Numbered from the stretch's first letter, positions 36,927-48,543 are shown. The stretch: 64,000 nt of DNA from Selaginella moellendorffii (GCF_000143415.4 NW_003314383.1:62001-126000), one strand, 5' to 3'. Made by a program: numbers and translations. The notes: generated from the letters alone by a model not told the origin.

Positions 36927-37803
36927 TTAATCTTTCTTCCTGCCTCTAGCTGACTTCTTGCCACTCCTCCGCCTCGCTTTGCCATTGCCCCCCAGAATGC
37001 CGCTGGTGATTGAGTAGCCCGCCACTGCAACCATGGTTCCAGCCACGGCAAGCGCCATGGGATGGCTCCCCAAGAACTGGATGACAAGCCCGTCAAAGAA
37101 ATGCAAGCATAACCACAGGGGCACACCTGCAACGCCTGGGAGTATTTGTGCTGGAACGCTTCCATGAGATCGCCTCCGAGCGCAGCTTCCGGCGGCACCT
37201 CCTCCGCTCTCGTTTCCTTCCATCCTTGCTGCAAGCAGCAGCAACGCAAACGGTTTCCAAGGAGAAACGAAAACTACCACAAACCTTGACAAACTCCGAG
37301 ATGGTTTCGGCGGTCCAGTCGCCCGAGTAGTCAAACATGCGCCTGTCGTGGAACAGCTTGAGCTGTGGCGGGTTCGTGATGGAAAAGCGCTTGCGTGTCT
37401 TGGGACTCTTGGCTACATCCACCTTTGGGAGAGGACGCGACTCGTCTCACGAAACCAACGAAGTTCAACTTACCTTGGCAAAGAGGGGGTGCCCGTCCCT
37501 CGTCTCTTCGAGAAGCTTGCGAAGAGCGAGCTCGGCATCTTTGCCCTCCTCGAAATCCGGATCAGTGAAGAGCACCAGCCTGCACAAGCACGCCCACACT
37601 GCCAAAGGGTTGCTTCCCTGTGCATTTTCTTACCACGATCCAGTCGTCTGCCCGGTTGCTGCTTGTGTGTCGTGCTCGAAATTCCTGTCGCTGAGGTACA
37701 AGAGGTGCGGCCCTTCCACGGCGTCGTCACCAGCGGCAGCGCAAGCGCCCGCCGCCACGAACACCAGTAGCAGCAGCAGCAGCAGCAGCACAGGGCGCTC
37801 CAT
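36927..37803 (-). CDS. Secreted/ER membrane thioredoxin-fold protein lacking CxxC
   Basis: Signal peptide, LSDRNFEHDTQAATGQTTGSWLVLF, FAKVDV...RF.I...PQLKLF...YSG, C-terminal TM and basic tail. Confidence 0.75.
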
Positions 37804-37889
37804 GTCTGGATCAAACAATCAAGAAACGCAAACCCGAGTCGCTTCTCCTTCTGAATATATGAAGAAAAGAGTTTTGTTTGGTGTTTTCT

Positions 37890-40115
37890 TCACACAGGAA
37901 AACTGCCCGTCAGCTTTATGTGCTCGAGCGTTCTCGACAGGCCAAACTGCACCACCGACTGATGCCCTGCTCTGAACCCATCGCCATATGCCGGTGACGA
38001 GTCCATGGCAATCTGGTGGAGAAAGAATTCCTGGAAACGATCGTTGTTGATCGACTTTGGCTTCTGCTTGCCACCTGACGAGCTGCTGCTGCTGCCGCCG
38101 CTACTGCCGATCTGCGACTCGAGCCAAGTGTGTGCCATCACTTGACAAATGCCCTCCTCCACCGCTGGATTCAACTGGTGCGGATAGCCTTCAACAGAGA
38201 GAAGCAAATATGTGTCGAGCCAAGTTCTAGCAACACAAGTTCAGGGAGCTCACCGTTGAGCCGGAGCCAGGCATGCATGAGCTCGTGAGCCAGGATGGAG
38301 CCAGTGAGCAGACTGCAAACATGATCAGAGTCTTTCGTGGCGAGAACTGAAATGTTTCCCCTCACCGTGGAAGGCCGTACAGAACAAGGATAGCGGTGAC
38401 TTCGCACTGGCGTCGGAGCCTGAGTGATTCCTTGCGCATACTGCCCACTGGATTGCTACGTGAAGCCTTTGGCTTTCTGTACACCTGAAGCGCTGCACCA
38501 TCAGAAACTTTCCAGAGGTTGGAGGTTTCGGACTTACTTACAGTGCTAACAGTCTGCTCCTCCGACAGGCAGAGGCCCCTTGTTTCTGGCAAGTGGTGGT
38601 AGCCCTGTGCGCAAGCAACAGAATGAATGCCTGCCTATATACACAGGACGAGCATACAAAAACTTACGTCTCGTTCGTGCTCACGAGCTTCGTTGAGTGC
38701 TTGTCGCTCCACCAGAAGCATCGGTATCGACTGCGAGATCTTCATGTTCATTCCTTCGTAGAAATCCAGAATTTCGTGGTAGAGATGCTGGCACTCGTGC
38801 GTATCCATGACTGCCGAATCTAAGCATTCTAGGCACAGCTTCCGTCCATCGTCCAGGCTCACAAACCGTGCGTCTCGGGCCTGCATGTATGTCACCCCGG
38901 CCGTCAAGCAGTCGACAAGGCAGTAAAAACGGGCCTTACCTCCACTCGCTCACAACTGCAACATCGAGGGGTGGAGTCCTTTTCATGCAAGGGGCAATAC
39001 TTTTGTCCCCAGAAAGGATGTGCGCGGTACTCTATCAGGCCAGAGGAATTCGGTGGAATCTGAATGACTGGAAGTAAATACCATCCGCATATAAAGCTCA
39101 ACAAAACATACAAACTGGTGGCAGACTTCACACTTGGGATGATACAAATCCCTGTAACACTCCTTGTGGTAGCGGTCACTCCCGGACAAGGCAAACTGCA
39201 AGAAACACACGAGGAGCGTGGGTGGAGGGTCATCAAAGTCGAGAAACCTGTGAACCCGATATGGGATCTCCGCATGCTTTGCAGCGGAAGCACTGTGGAT
39301 GCCACACAGAACCGAGACAACTGAGGAAGCGCCCCGGTCCGATCTCCTGGTTGCACCCAGCACATATATATCTGTGCATCAAGGGAGTTGAAGACTACAC
39401 ACATAAACTGGATGGGCTGCCAACCTTTGTTTGCTCGGGCTGGGAGCACTCCTGCTTCTGCTTTGGCTGTCCAAGTCCATGCTCTCTTGCACGGCTCTCG
39501 CAAGCTCCTCCTCGTAGCTCGATCCAAACGGGCCAAATCTTTCTGCAGTGTGGACATTAGAGTGCGAACGCAGGCCACACGGAGTTCTACCGTAGTCATT
39601 ATTGTCTGGCGCAGGAGTGCGACGGTGGTCGTCATCAGTCAGCGCATTCCTGCGTCCATCCTGCGGGGAATGCAAAACAGATTACGGCTCCAAGAGCGAG
39701 GGCGATGGATGGGCAAGGGGAACAACATGCAGGCGCTCGCATTCTTATGTTGCGTGAGGGGCGACGAGGAGAAAGAAACAGAGGAGGAATACCTTAAACA
39801 TTGACGAGAGGAGGGAACGCAAGCGCGAGCGCAGAGACGACAAACCCCCGCTGCTGCTGGGCTGCCGGGTCCTGCTCCTGGGCTGGCGTTTGTCACGCAC
39901 AGCCGGACAAACGAGATCGACACAACCCAAGGCACAGATATATGGATTGCATTGCAAAGCGCCTGGATGACTTACCTGGAGGAAGATTTCGTCGATGGGA
40001 TTGAGGATCGACATGGACTGCCCCATTTTGCAGCTTGGTGCGCCGCCGCTGCTGCTCGTCTCCTTGTCCTCGTTGCCCCTTGGCCGCGGTTTGTCCAGTA
40101 TGAAGGGCGGAGCAT
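37890..40115 (-). CDS. DA1/DAR-like protein (UIM, LIM, zinc peptidase). Start approximate
   Basis: [19 protein letters not shown]...[69 protein letters not shown] and VEEGICQV. Confidence 0.9.
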
Positions 40116-40343
40116 CTCAAGAGGCGCATCATCTTGGGATCCTCTTGAAGCGAGAGTAAGACATCCCTCTTCCTTCACTCCTCTTCTATTCACTCACACA
40201 TCCATGACGCGCACACCCTCTCTCCCAGCAATGACCAAGCCAAAACAAACACATTTGATCTAGGCTAAGCCACCTATATTTTCCTTTTTTTCTTTTCTTT
40301 GTTTGCGATGTATCCATCTATCCATCCCTCTGATAAGTTATAC

Positions 40344-40734
40344 TTAAATCCCTCCGGCCCACGTAGTACGGCTCGGATCACTTGACCTCGCCCTTGTCCT
40401 CCTGCTTTGCCAAAGCGGAGAAACGTCAAAAGATAACAATCGGCATGCACGCTTGCTCGGAATTCTTACAAGCGCCGAGCGAGGGGCAGTAGGCGGAGGC
40501 TGCGACGAGGAGAGCGCAGCCATGGCTTTCTCTTGAGTGTCACTCGACTGGAATGCATCCTCCACAGCCCCCTGTTTCAGCCATCTCTCTCTCGCTCGCA
40601 TTTGGAAAAACTAAACCAGAAAATCAAAACACCACCTTGACGTTTTGCATCTCCTGTGCATTCAGTGTCCGCGGCTCCGTGCCGATTGAGGACTGCCGCC
40701 CCTCCTCCTCGCTCGTCCCCTTCCTCTCGGCCAT
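40344..40734 (-). CDS. Small uncharacterised protein (spliced)
   Basis: MAERKGTSEEEGRQSSIGTEPRTLNAQEMQNVK followed by a GT donor, then GAVEDAFQSSDTQEKAMAALS after an AG acceptor. The 3' end is uncertain. Confidence 0.45.
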
Positions 40735-41004
40735 TTGCCACTGTCGTGCTAATCCCACTCCACCGCTCTGCTTATCAAGGTTGCTAGACGCGTGGCCAAA
40801 GAAGATATATAAACTTGTTTTTCCCAATCAGTACAAAAGCCAACGGCGCTCTCCACGCGTGTTGGCTGGCCGTGTCGATCGATCAATCGTCTATACAAGA
40901 ACAAGAACAGAGTGGAGAATGAAAAATTTTCCTTCAGCGGTATGCACAGTTTCAAGTAAGGTGGAGTTGTGTTGTTGCTGTTGCCGAATAGTGTTGCGCG
41001 GATG

Positions 41005-43054
41005 TTATGTCGCGAGCCAAGGCTGAGATAGACTACAGGCGGGTGTGGATGCGCTTGGCCCCTCGTTTCCATGCACAGCCTTGTGAAGCAGCGCGTACTG
41101 CTCCCTCACTGATTCCCACACACTTTGGTGAGCATCCTCCTGCAAAGGCACAAAAGCCAACGCGTTTGTTCCTTGTCCCAGGAAAAGCAAGGCTCACCTG
41201 TCCAAAATTGACTTCGGAACCAACGGAGAGGCCGACCCCGTGATATCCTACGAGACGTCTCTCTCCGATCGCCTTTTGGACCTGTGCATGGCAATGAAAT
41301 GAGTCCATCGCCCGGACAAACCAGCTCTCTCACCTTGGGCGGAGGCGGCATGATGTTGTAGCTGAGTAGAGCCATCGGATACATGTGTCCTGGAACGTCA
41401 CCGCGCTCAACCAGCCGCCTCATGTTGTCCACGGCCGCCGGGTCGAAAACTGCCTGGAAGTGCGCATGTCACCCAGTCACTAGCCACCACAGAAACAATA
41501 CAAGCTTACTGGAGTCCATTCGTTGGTGACGGGATCGGGGCGATCACGGCCGCCACTAGGCGCAATCCATATTAGCTGCTTCCCGCTCCTACCAATGCTG
41601 GCAATCTGAGAAACGTTGCAAGTTAAGAGGCAGGACAGAGAAACCACCTGAGAAGGACGGCCAGCTCCTTGAGAGCCCGTGTGTTTGCACGTCGCTTCAT
41701 CTCCACAAGCTCAGGGTCGTCGTTGATATGCTTCTTCGAATGAACGCAGATAAGATTCCTGGCGGCAAAACACCGGCACCAGTGTCAACGAAGAAGAGAA
41801 AGAGATCGAACCTTCCCATGCTGAAGGGCTTACAAAACGGGTCCAAGATGACCCTGTCCCCGGCTATGTACGTCTGTCACCGTTGACAGTCACTTGGTCA
41901 GTAGAGCATATAGTCTTGCAAGCTGCGAAGCTCACATCCAGGAAGCAATACCATTCTCTCCGCAAGATAAGGATGCGAGCCCTCCAGAAGCAATGCGATG
42001 ATTGCAGGATCGGCTTCCGTTTGATGGTTCGAGAAAAGAACCACGTTGTGCCCCTGCATTGATGGAGTCGAGAGAAAGATTATAGAGTTGATTGGAAAAC
42101 AAGCAAGGAAAAAGAATGATACCTGTTGCACTTGGTTTTCGATGGCATCCCAGTGCTCCTTGTTACCGAGATATGATTTACTGCTCAGAGACAAGCGGTT
42201 TTACGAATTTTCTCTGTTGCCAACGCCAGCACCACCTTACCCGAAGTGAAGCAAGGGACGGATGTACTCCTGGCCAAACTTGTAGTAATCAAAAGGCTCC
42301 CTCATGCTTTGATGGTATGGAGGGAATGTGAAGGGATCCTGCAAGTGCGCACAACCTTATCCATGTTATAAAAGGCAAGCGAGCTAGGAACAAGTTCACC
42401 CGTAGCTACCTCGAATTGCAACAGGATTCGGTCAAGAACAGTTGCCATGATCGGTACCACCGATTTGTGTGCCGTCTCGGACTCGCTGTGTAGCACCTGA
42501 CAAAGAGAAGCATGAACTTGGAGGATATAACTCGAGTGTTCTTACCGCATCCCGGTAGTTTGCGTAAAAGTCCTTCATGCCCTCCCCGGCATGAGGAGGC
42601 AGCCTTCCCGCCGCCACTTCCTTGTCGATGCCAAGCAGCAATTCTGCGACCAAGGATAGGGTTTGAGAGTGGCAACAGTGAGCCAGCCAGCCAGTCGAAG
42701 TTCACCTTGTTCCGAGCCAACGCCCTGGAAGACGGACGAGTGCTCGTGCTGCTCCTCGTGGCACGAGGACGCCGCCGAGTGGTCATTGGTGGTGGCGGCA
42801 GCAGCAGCGGCGGCGGCAGCGGTGGTGGCAACGTCGTCTACTGCCCATTGCGCCGCGGCAGCCTCCACCATCTCGGCAATGGCGCCCCTCCCTCGACGCC
42901 GGGGCGACGGCCGCTCCTCCATGATGCTCCACGAAACTCGGCTGCTAACTCCGCCGCGCACACGTGGAAGCGCCACGCCACAGATTCGCGGAACTGGGAA
43001 GCACGACAGCGGCACACTGACGCTCACCCCTCCTCCGCTCCTCCCAGCCGCCAT
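41005..43054 (-). CDS. ATS1: Plastid glycerol-3-phosphate acyltransferase (ATS1), multi-exon
   Basis: Transit peptide, [26 protein letters not shown] (HxxxxD), [22 protein letters not shown] and [16 protein letters not shown]. Confidence 0.95.
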
Positions 43055-43274
43055 AAACCAAACCAAACCCAACCCAACCCAACCCTCTTGCGCGCGCGCT
43101 CGGGAAAGAGATTGCGTGTGTGCTCTTGCCTTCTTCCTTGCCTACCACTACCTAAACATGCCACCCCTGGTGGACTAGCCTATGCACCTTTACTAAACGC
43201 ATTCATTCCAAACATCCAATATGTACACACGCAGCTAGACGATAGACACAAACACACAGGCCAACACACATCTT

Positions 43275-46200
43275 CTAGGACCTCCTGCTGCTGTACGTGA
43301 TACCATATCCAAGCGCAGCCACCACGAACACCCACGCAGTGAGCAGCGCCGCCGCCGCCGCCAGCAGCAGCAGCGCCGAGAAATTCATCTCTGGTGCCTG
43401 CGAATTCGGCGACAGCGTAAAAGCACGTAATCCCAGCTGCTTGCTGGCCAGAGTTATCGCCTGTAGCACAGCAGACTGCTTGTAACACAGGTTTCGGTCT
43501 GCACGCATCAGAGCATACTCGACCATGTCCAGCGTCGTCATGTCCGCAACCAAGTCTTGGTCGCGCTTTTCCATGTATCTGCCGGTGTAGCCTGCCATGT
43601 TAGGCACCAGGTCAGGATAATAGGATAAGGAAAGGGCCCTACAATAAAGTGATCACCCCTTTAGCCAGTTGGCTTAGGGTGTAAGGGATAGGATCCTAAC
43701 ATTGGTATCAGAGAATTGGTTGCGATGGCCGACCAAGCTGAACGCTGGAATCCTATCATCGATGGTGGTGCCGACGGTGGTGCCGACGATGGTGTCAACG
43801 AAGCTGCGGAGATTTGGACCATTCAAGATGTGGTTCATGAGCTGCGAGCCCTTAATAAAAATCAGCAAGAGATGCAAGACGAGATGCATGGCATGATGGA
43901 TACCATGCGTGGGCGTGTTGAGGCACTCGAGGCTGGACGGGGTAGCGCTCCAAGTAAGCCTTCTTTGGTAGATCGACTCAAGATTCCAACCTTTTCCGGT
44001 GATGGTGGTGTGGACGAGTGTCTCGCTTGGCTAGCCAATGTGAAGAAGTTCTTGGCTGCTAGAGGAACTCCAGATGCAGAGGCTTTAGTGGCTATTCCGA
44101 TGGTTTTGCGTGATGCGGGTCTTCGATGGTGGAATTGGCTTGAGGAGTCCCGTGTTGCGGATAAGAAACCACCAGTGTCTACCATGGATGAGTTTGAGGC
44201 TGCTTTCCGTTTACGTTTTGCCCCTCATTACGACGTGGAGAATGCTCGTACAGAACTTCGCCATTTTCAGCAAGGGAAAATGACGCTCGGGGATTATATT
44301 GAGAAGCTTACTCGCTTGATTAGTCGTGTTCCAACGAAGGATCCAGATCAGAACAAATCCTACTTCATTGATGGCCTCCATAGTGAGAGTATGCGGCAAC
44401 ACTTGCGTCATTCTCAGCCTACAAAGAGTTTGGAGGAGCTCTTTGATGCGGCTCGTCGCCTTGACAATGACAAGCACAAGTCTCGCAAGCGTTCGCGGAG
44501 TCCTTCTGTCGAGAATCGTCGTGATGATCGCCGTGGACACAAGGATGGGAACAAGCATCACAAGTTGAAGTCGGTGGTGACTACTTCAGATGCAAAGGGG
44601 TCCAAGAAGCAGAAGTTCTTTGTGAAGAATTATAGACAGGGTTGTCATCATTGCGGCGAACTTGGACACTACAAGGCTGATTGTCCGCAGTTGAAGAACA
44701 AGCAGCAGGACAAGAAGAATGGCCAATCATCTTCTCACGGTAAGTCAGATACTAAAAAGTTGCAAGCTTTACAGCGTGAGGATGACGAGAACGACCATTC
44801 CGGTCGGAGGAAGAGACTTTCGATCGTTGCTCGTCAACTCAACTGTGTGTGGAACAAGATGGAGCTTGAGGATACGCGTGAATCAGCTTTAATGCTGGAG
44901 GGCGTGTTCCGTGGCGATCCAGTGCGGATTTTACTGGATAGTGGGAGCGATGACAACTTTGTTTCGGCAAAGTTTGTTGCGGAGCATCGCCTGAACACAC
45001 GTGGAGTTGTTCCATACACAGTGGAAGGTGCAGCTACCTCTGCTCAGCATTTCGATGCTTGTGTCGAGGGGCTGGAAGTGTTGGTTGGCAAAACCACACT
45101 TGTGGAGACTTTTTATCTCGCGGATATCCATCGTGTGGATCTCATTCTTGGGATGCCATGGTTGGTGAAGGTGGATCCCGAGATAAAGTGGAGCATTAAG
45201 CGTATCTCGCTGGAGTATGGTGGCGTTAAAGATGTGTGGTTTGGCGAGGGCGTTCAACCACCAGTTGTTATGCTCTCTGCTACATCTTTGAAGCGGGCTT
45301 GTCGTAATGGAAAAGCACTTTCAAGTTACTTGCTGTTTGTTCGTGACTTGGGGGACCAAGGCACGTGTGGGGGAGAAGCAGCAGTACGGGATGTACTTGA
45401 TGAGTTTTCTGATGTTTTTCCATCTGAACTTCCTCATGGATTGCCTCCATTACGAGGTGTGGAGCATGGGATTACATTGGAGCCGGGGACGCGGCCAATT
45501 TACCGGCGTCCATTTCGGTTAAGTTATGCGGAGGAGCAAGAAGTTCAACGACAAGTCAAGGAGTTACTTGAGTTTGGATTTATTCAGCCAAGTAAGTCTC
45601 CGTTTGGTGCTCCGGTCTTGCTTGTGAAGAAGAAGGACGGTTCAATGCGGATGTGTATTGACTACCGTGCTTTAAACAAGAAGACAGTGAAGGACAAGAT
45701 GCCGATGCCACGTGTGGATGATATCCTAGACAAGCTTGGTGAAGCACGAGTGTTTACCAAGATTGATCTGAGGAGTGGATATCATCAGATTGCAATGGAT
45801 GATGCATCTATCTCCAAGACGGCATTCAACACAAGCTTCGGACATTTTGAGTTTACCGTTATGCCGTTTGGTTTGACGAATGCACCGGCCACATTTACTC
45901 GGTTGATGACGGAGGTATTTGGGCGTTATCTTCATGAGTTTGTGGAGATTTTCTTGGATGATATTCTTGTTTTTAGCAAGAATATGGAGGAGCATAGGGT
46001 GCATTTGCGCAAGGTTCTTTTGTTACTTCGAGACAGCAAACTTTATGCGAAGAAGAGCAAATGTGAATTTGCAAAGTCGGAGGTGGAATATCTAGGCCAT
46101 ATTGTGACATCTAAGGGTGTCAAGACGGATCCAAGGAAGGTGGCTGTGGTGGAAAACTGGCCTACACCGACTACAGTGGCCGAGTTGCACAGTTTTCTTG

Positions 46201-48504
46201 GTATGGCTAGTTACTATCGACGTTTCCAGCATAAGTTTGCAGAGGTGGCTATTCCGTTGACGCGGTTGTTACGCAAGAATGTGCCATTCGAGTGGAAGAC
46301 GCCACAAGAGGAGAGTTTTGTGGCGCTGAAACGATTGTTGATCGAGGCTCCAGTGCTTCGCATTGCTGATCCATCGAAACCTTACGAGGTGACATGCGAT
46401 GCGAGTGGTTATGCACTGGGAGGAGTTCTCATGCAAGAGGGACAGCCTATTGCATATGAGAGTCGAACTTTGAATTCCGCAGAGCAACGCTATTCCACAT
46501 ATGAGCAAGAGTTACTCTCTATTGTTCATGCTTTGCGGACGTGGCGGCACTATCTTTATGGTGCAGTGTTCGTGGTGTTGACAGATCACAAACCACTTGT
46601 GTATCTTTTCACACAGAAGGAGTTGAACACTAGGCAAGCTCGTTGGATGGTCAAACTCATGGAGTTTGGGGAGTTTCCTATTGAGCATCGTCCGGGAAAA
46701 TCAAATGTGGTGGCGGATGCTTTATCTCGTGTTCGTCATGTGATGACGTTACGAACACGATTTTGTCATCATTTGAGTAAGGTGGTCAGCGAGTTTGGGC
46801 AGTTGGTTGAGCATGCTCAGGCTCAGGATGCTGAGGTGGCCTCTTTGCGAGACCAGATGGAAGCTCCTTTCTCATTGGTGGATGGGATTCTCTACTACAA
46901 TGGCCGTGTCTATTTGCCACGGGTGGATGCGTTAATTACTCAAGTTTTATTCCACTATCATGATCGTCCAGAGGCCGGTCATTTTGGGGGGAAGAAGACG
47001 TATGAGTTGATTAAGCGCAACTTTTATTGGAGGAATATGAAGGCTGATATCCTCAAGTATTGTAAATCATGCGAGCTTTGTCAGCGGGTTAAGGTGCCAC
47101 GGGAGAAGCCGGGGGGACTTTTGCAACCTTTACCTATTCCTCAGAGCCGTTGGTGTAGTATCTCTATGGACTTCATCACTTGTTTGCCACGAACACAGAG
47201 GCAAAAGGAGCAAGTATGGGTCATAGTGGATCGGTTGACGAAGTATGTGCGGTTGTTGGCTCTTCGGAAGACTGTCACTGCCTCAGACTTGGCTGCGGTT
47301 TACTTGGAGAAGGAGTTGAACACTATCCCTTACACCCTAAGCCAACTGGCTAAAGGGGTGATCACTTGATTGTAGGGCCCTTTCCTTATCCTATTATCCT
47401 GACCTGGTGCTTAACATGCCAACACATCAGGTCAGCAAGCTCACAGAACCTTTTTCAGGAGAGCACCTGGTATGTCAAATATCTGGTTTGCGGCAGAGAC
47501 GCCCAGAATCTCCCCGAGATGAAACCGTGCAGCGATTCGGTCCTCGACGGACAGCTCGTCACCGTGAGTCATTACCACGACAGGTCTATCGTCTGCGCAG
47601 CTCGAGAGACGAGAGAATGAGCACTCCTTCCTCCTATAACATCGTCAAGTACCTTTGAATGTGAGGAAAGAACTCTTGTAGATCTTGGCAAGAGGAGAGC
47701 GGTGCGTTGCTCCCGCCCCCGCCCTTCTCTCTCTGTGGACGGCCACAGCGCTCACCACAAAGATGACAAAGTGAACTTGCCTGGTAGCGCTGTGCAAGTG
47801 ATGGCCGTGCCGGGCTCTCACGAACAGCGAATCAACGTCAGGGCCCGCGGACCTGCATGTCTCATGCATGAGACCAAAACGTCGCTCTTCTTCTCTACCT
47901 CTGCACGATCCCTCCATGCTTGACGCCGTTCTTCATCCAATCGCGCACCATGCTCAGGTCCTCGTCGGTGTCCACCTCCGAGAAACCCCGAGTGTCAAAG
48001 ACGCAGATGTTCTTCACCGCGTTGCACAGCATGTACTCCCTGAGGAAGAGAGTTCCATTCTCGCTCGGATCGCCTGGCACACAGTCAGACACGAGTTCTA
48101 GCTGCTGCTGCTGCTGGATCACTCACCGCACACTTGAGCTCTGTCGAAGCCCGCATTCATGTCGTTGACCACCCTGATCATGTTGTTGATGAGTGTGCTC
48201 TTTCCCGCACCCATCGGCCCAACCACGAGAAGCGTCGTCACCTCTGGCACCGCGAAGCTCTTGGCCTCGAAGCCCCCAGTCTCGGCAATCCATCTCCCCG
48301 GCCGATAGCTGCAATCAATCACGGTGAGCGTGTGCGCAAGCTATGGATGGTATCACGGTACCTTTGGATGCTCTCCCTGCGCTCCTGGATGTTCGCAGCC
48401 CTCCTGACGGCGGACTCGTTCTGGTGGTGGACGAGGCGGGAAAGCTTGTCCAGATGCCGCTCTTCCTCCATGTCCGAATCCAAGAGCCCCCCGCCCATGA
48501 CCAT
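43275..48504 (-). CDS. P-loop NTPase family protein with C-terminal TM. The last intron (47466-43592) contains the retroelement
   Basis: LLVVGPMGAGKSTLIN, CVFDTRGF, VIFVVSA, PVVVMTHGDELS and IFDIP|GYTG...LDMVEYALMRADRNL. The phase-1 junction across the element is consistent. Confidence 0.82.
43593..47421 (+). mobile_element. Ty3/gypsy retrotransposon, 3'-truncated, bounded by inverted LTR copies. TSD TGCCA at 43593-43597 and 47417-47421
   Basis: 104-bp LTR at 43598-43701 (TGTTAG...CTAACA), PBS TGGTATCAGAG at 43703-43713, gag-pol ORF, and a reverse-complement LTR copy at 47323-47416. Confidence 0.93.
43725..47369 (+). CDS. Gag-Pol polyprotein, uninterrupted but with integrase truncated. Reads into the inverted LTR
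   Basis: Zn knuckle CHHCGELGHYKADC, protease LLDSGS, RT RMCIDYRALN/FLDD, RNase H CDASG, integrase HHCC and SMDFI. It ends before the second D and the E of the DDE triad. Confidence 0.93.
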   Translation: MADQAERWNPIIDGGADGGADDGVNEAAEIWTIQDVVHELRALNKNQQEMQDEMHGMMDTMRGRVEALEAGRGSAPSKPSLVDRLKIPTFSGDGGVDECLAWLANVKKFLAARGTPDAEALVAIPMVLRDAGLRWWNWLEESRVADKKPPVSTMDEFEAAFRLRFAPHYDVENARTELRHFQQGKMTLGDYIEKLTRLISRVPTKDPDQNKSYFIDGLHSESMRQHLRHSQPTKSLEELFDAARRLDNDKHKSRKRSRSPSVENRRDDRRGHKDGNKHHKLKSVVTTSDAKGSKKQKFFVKNYRQGCHHCGELGHYKADCPQLKNKQQDKKNGQSSSHGKSDTKKLQALQREDDENDHSGRRKRLSIVARQLNCVWNKMELEDTRESALMLEGVFRGDPVRILLDSGSDDNFVSAKFVAEHRLNTRGVVPYTVEGAATSAQHFDACVEGLEVLVGKTTLVETFYLADIHRVDLILGMPWLVKVDPEIKWSIKRISLEYGGVKDVWFGEGVQPPVVMLSATSLKRACRNGKALSSYLLFVRDLGDQGTCGGEAAVRDVLDEFSDVFPSELPHGLPPLRGVEHGITLEPGTRPIYRRPFRLSYAEEQEVQRQVKELLEFGFIQPSKSPFGAPVLLVKKKDGSMRMCIDYRALNKKTVKDKMPMPRVDDILDKLGEARVFTKIDLRSGYHQIAMDDASISKTAFNTSFGHFEFTVMPFGLTNAPATFTRLMTEVFGRYLHEFVEIFLDDILVFSKNMEEHRVHLRKVLLLLRDSKLYAKKSKCEFAKSEVEYLGHIVTSKGVKTDPRKVAVVENWPTPTTVAELHSFLGMASYYRRFQHKFAEVAIPLTRLLRKNVPFEWKTPQEESFVALKRLLIEAPVLRIADPSKPYEVTCDASGYALGGVLMQEGQPIAYESRTLNSAEQRYSTYEQELLSIVHALRTWRHYLYGAVFVVLTDHKPLVYLFTQKELNTRQARWMVKLMEFGEFPIEHRPGKSNVVADALSRVRHVMTLRTRFCHHLSKVVSEFGQLVEHAQAQDAEVASLRDQMEAPFSLVDGILYYNGRVYLPRVDALITQVLFHYHDRPEAGHFGGKKTYELIKRNFYWRNMKADILKYCKSCELCQRVKVPREKPGGLLQPLPIPQSRWCSISMDFITCLPRTQRQKEQVWVIVDRLTKYVRLLALRKTVTASDLAAVYLEKELNTIPYTLSQLAKGVIT

Positions 48505-48543
48505 GACAACGCAACCCTAGCTCGAAGCTCTAGGGTTTATGAG

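Noticed and set aside
43598-47416. DIRS/tyrosine-recombinase element or DNA transposon, suggested by the inverted termini
   Set aside because: It has a protease, a gypsy-order RT-RH-DDE integrase, a tRNA PBS and a 5-bp TSD. There is no tyrosine recombinase or transposase.
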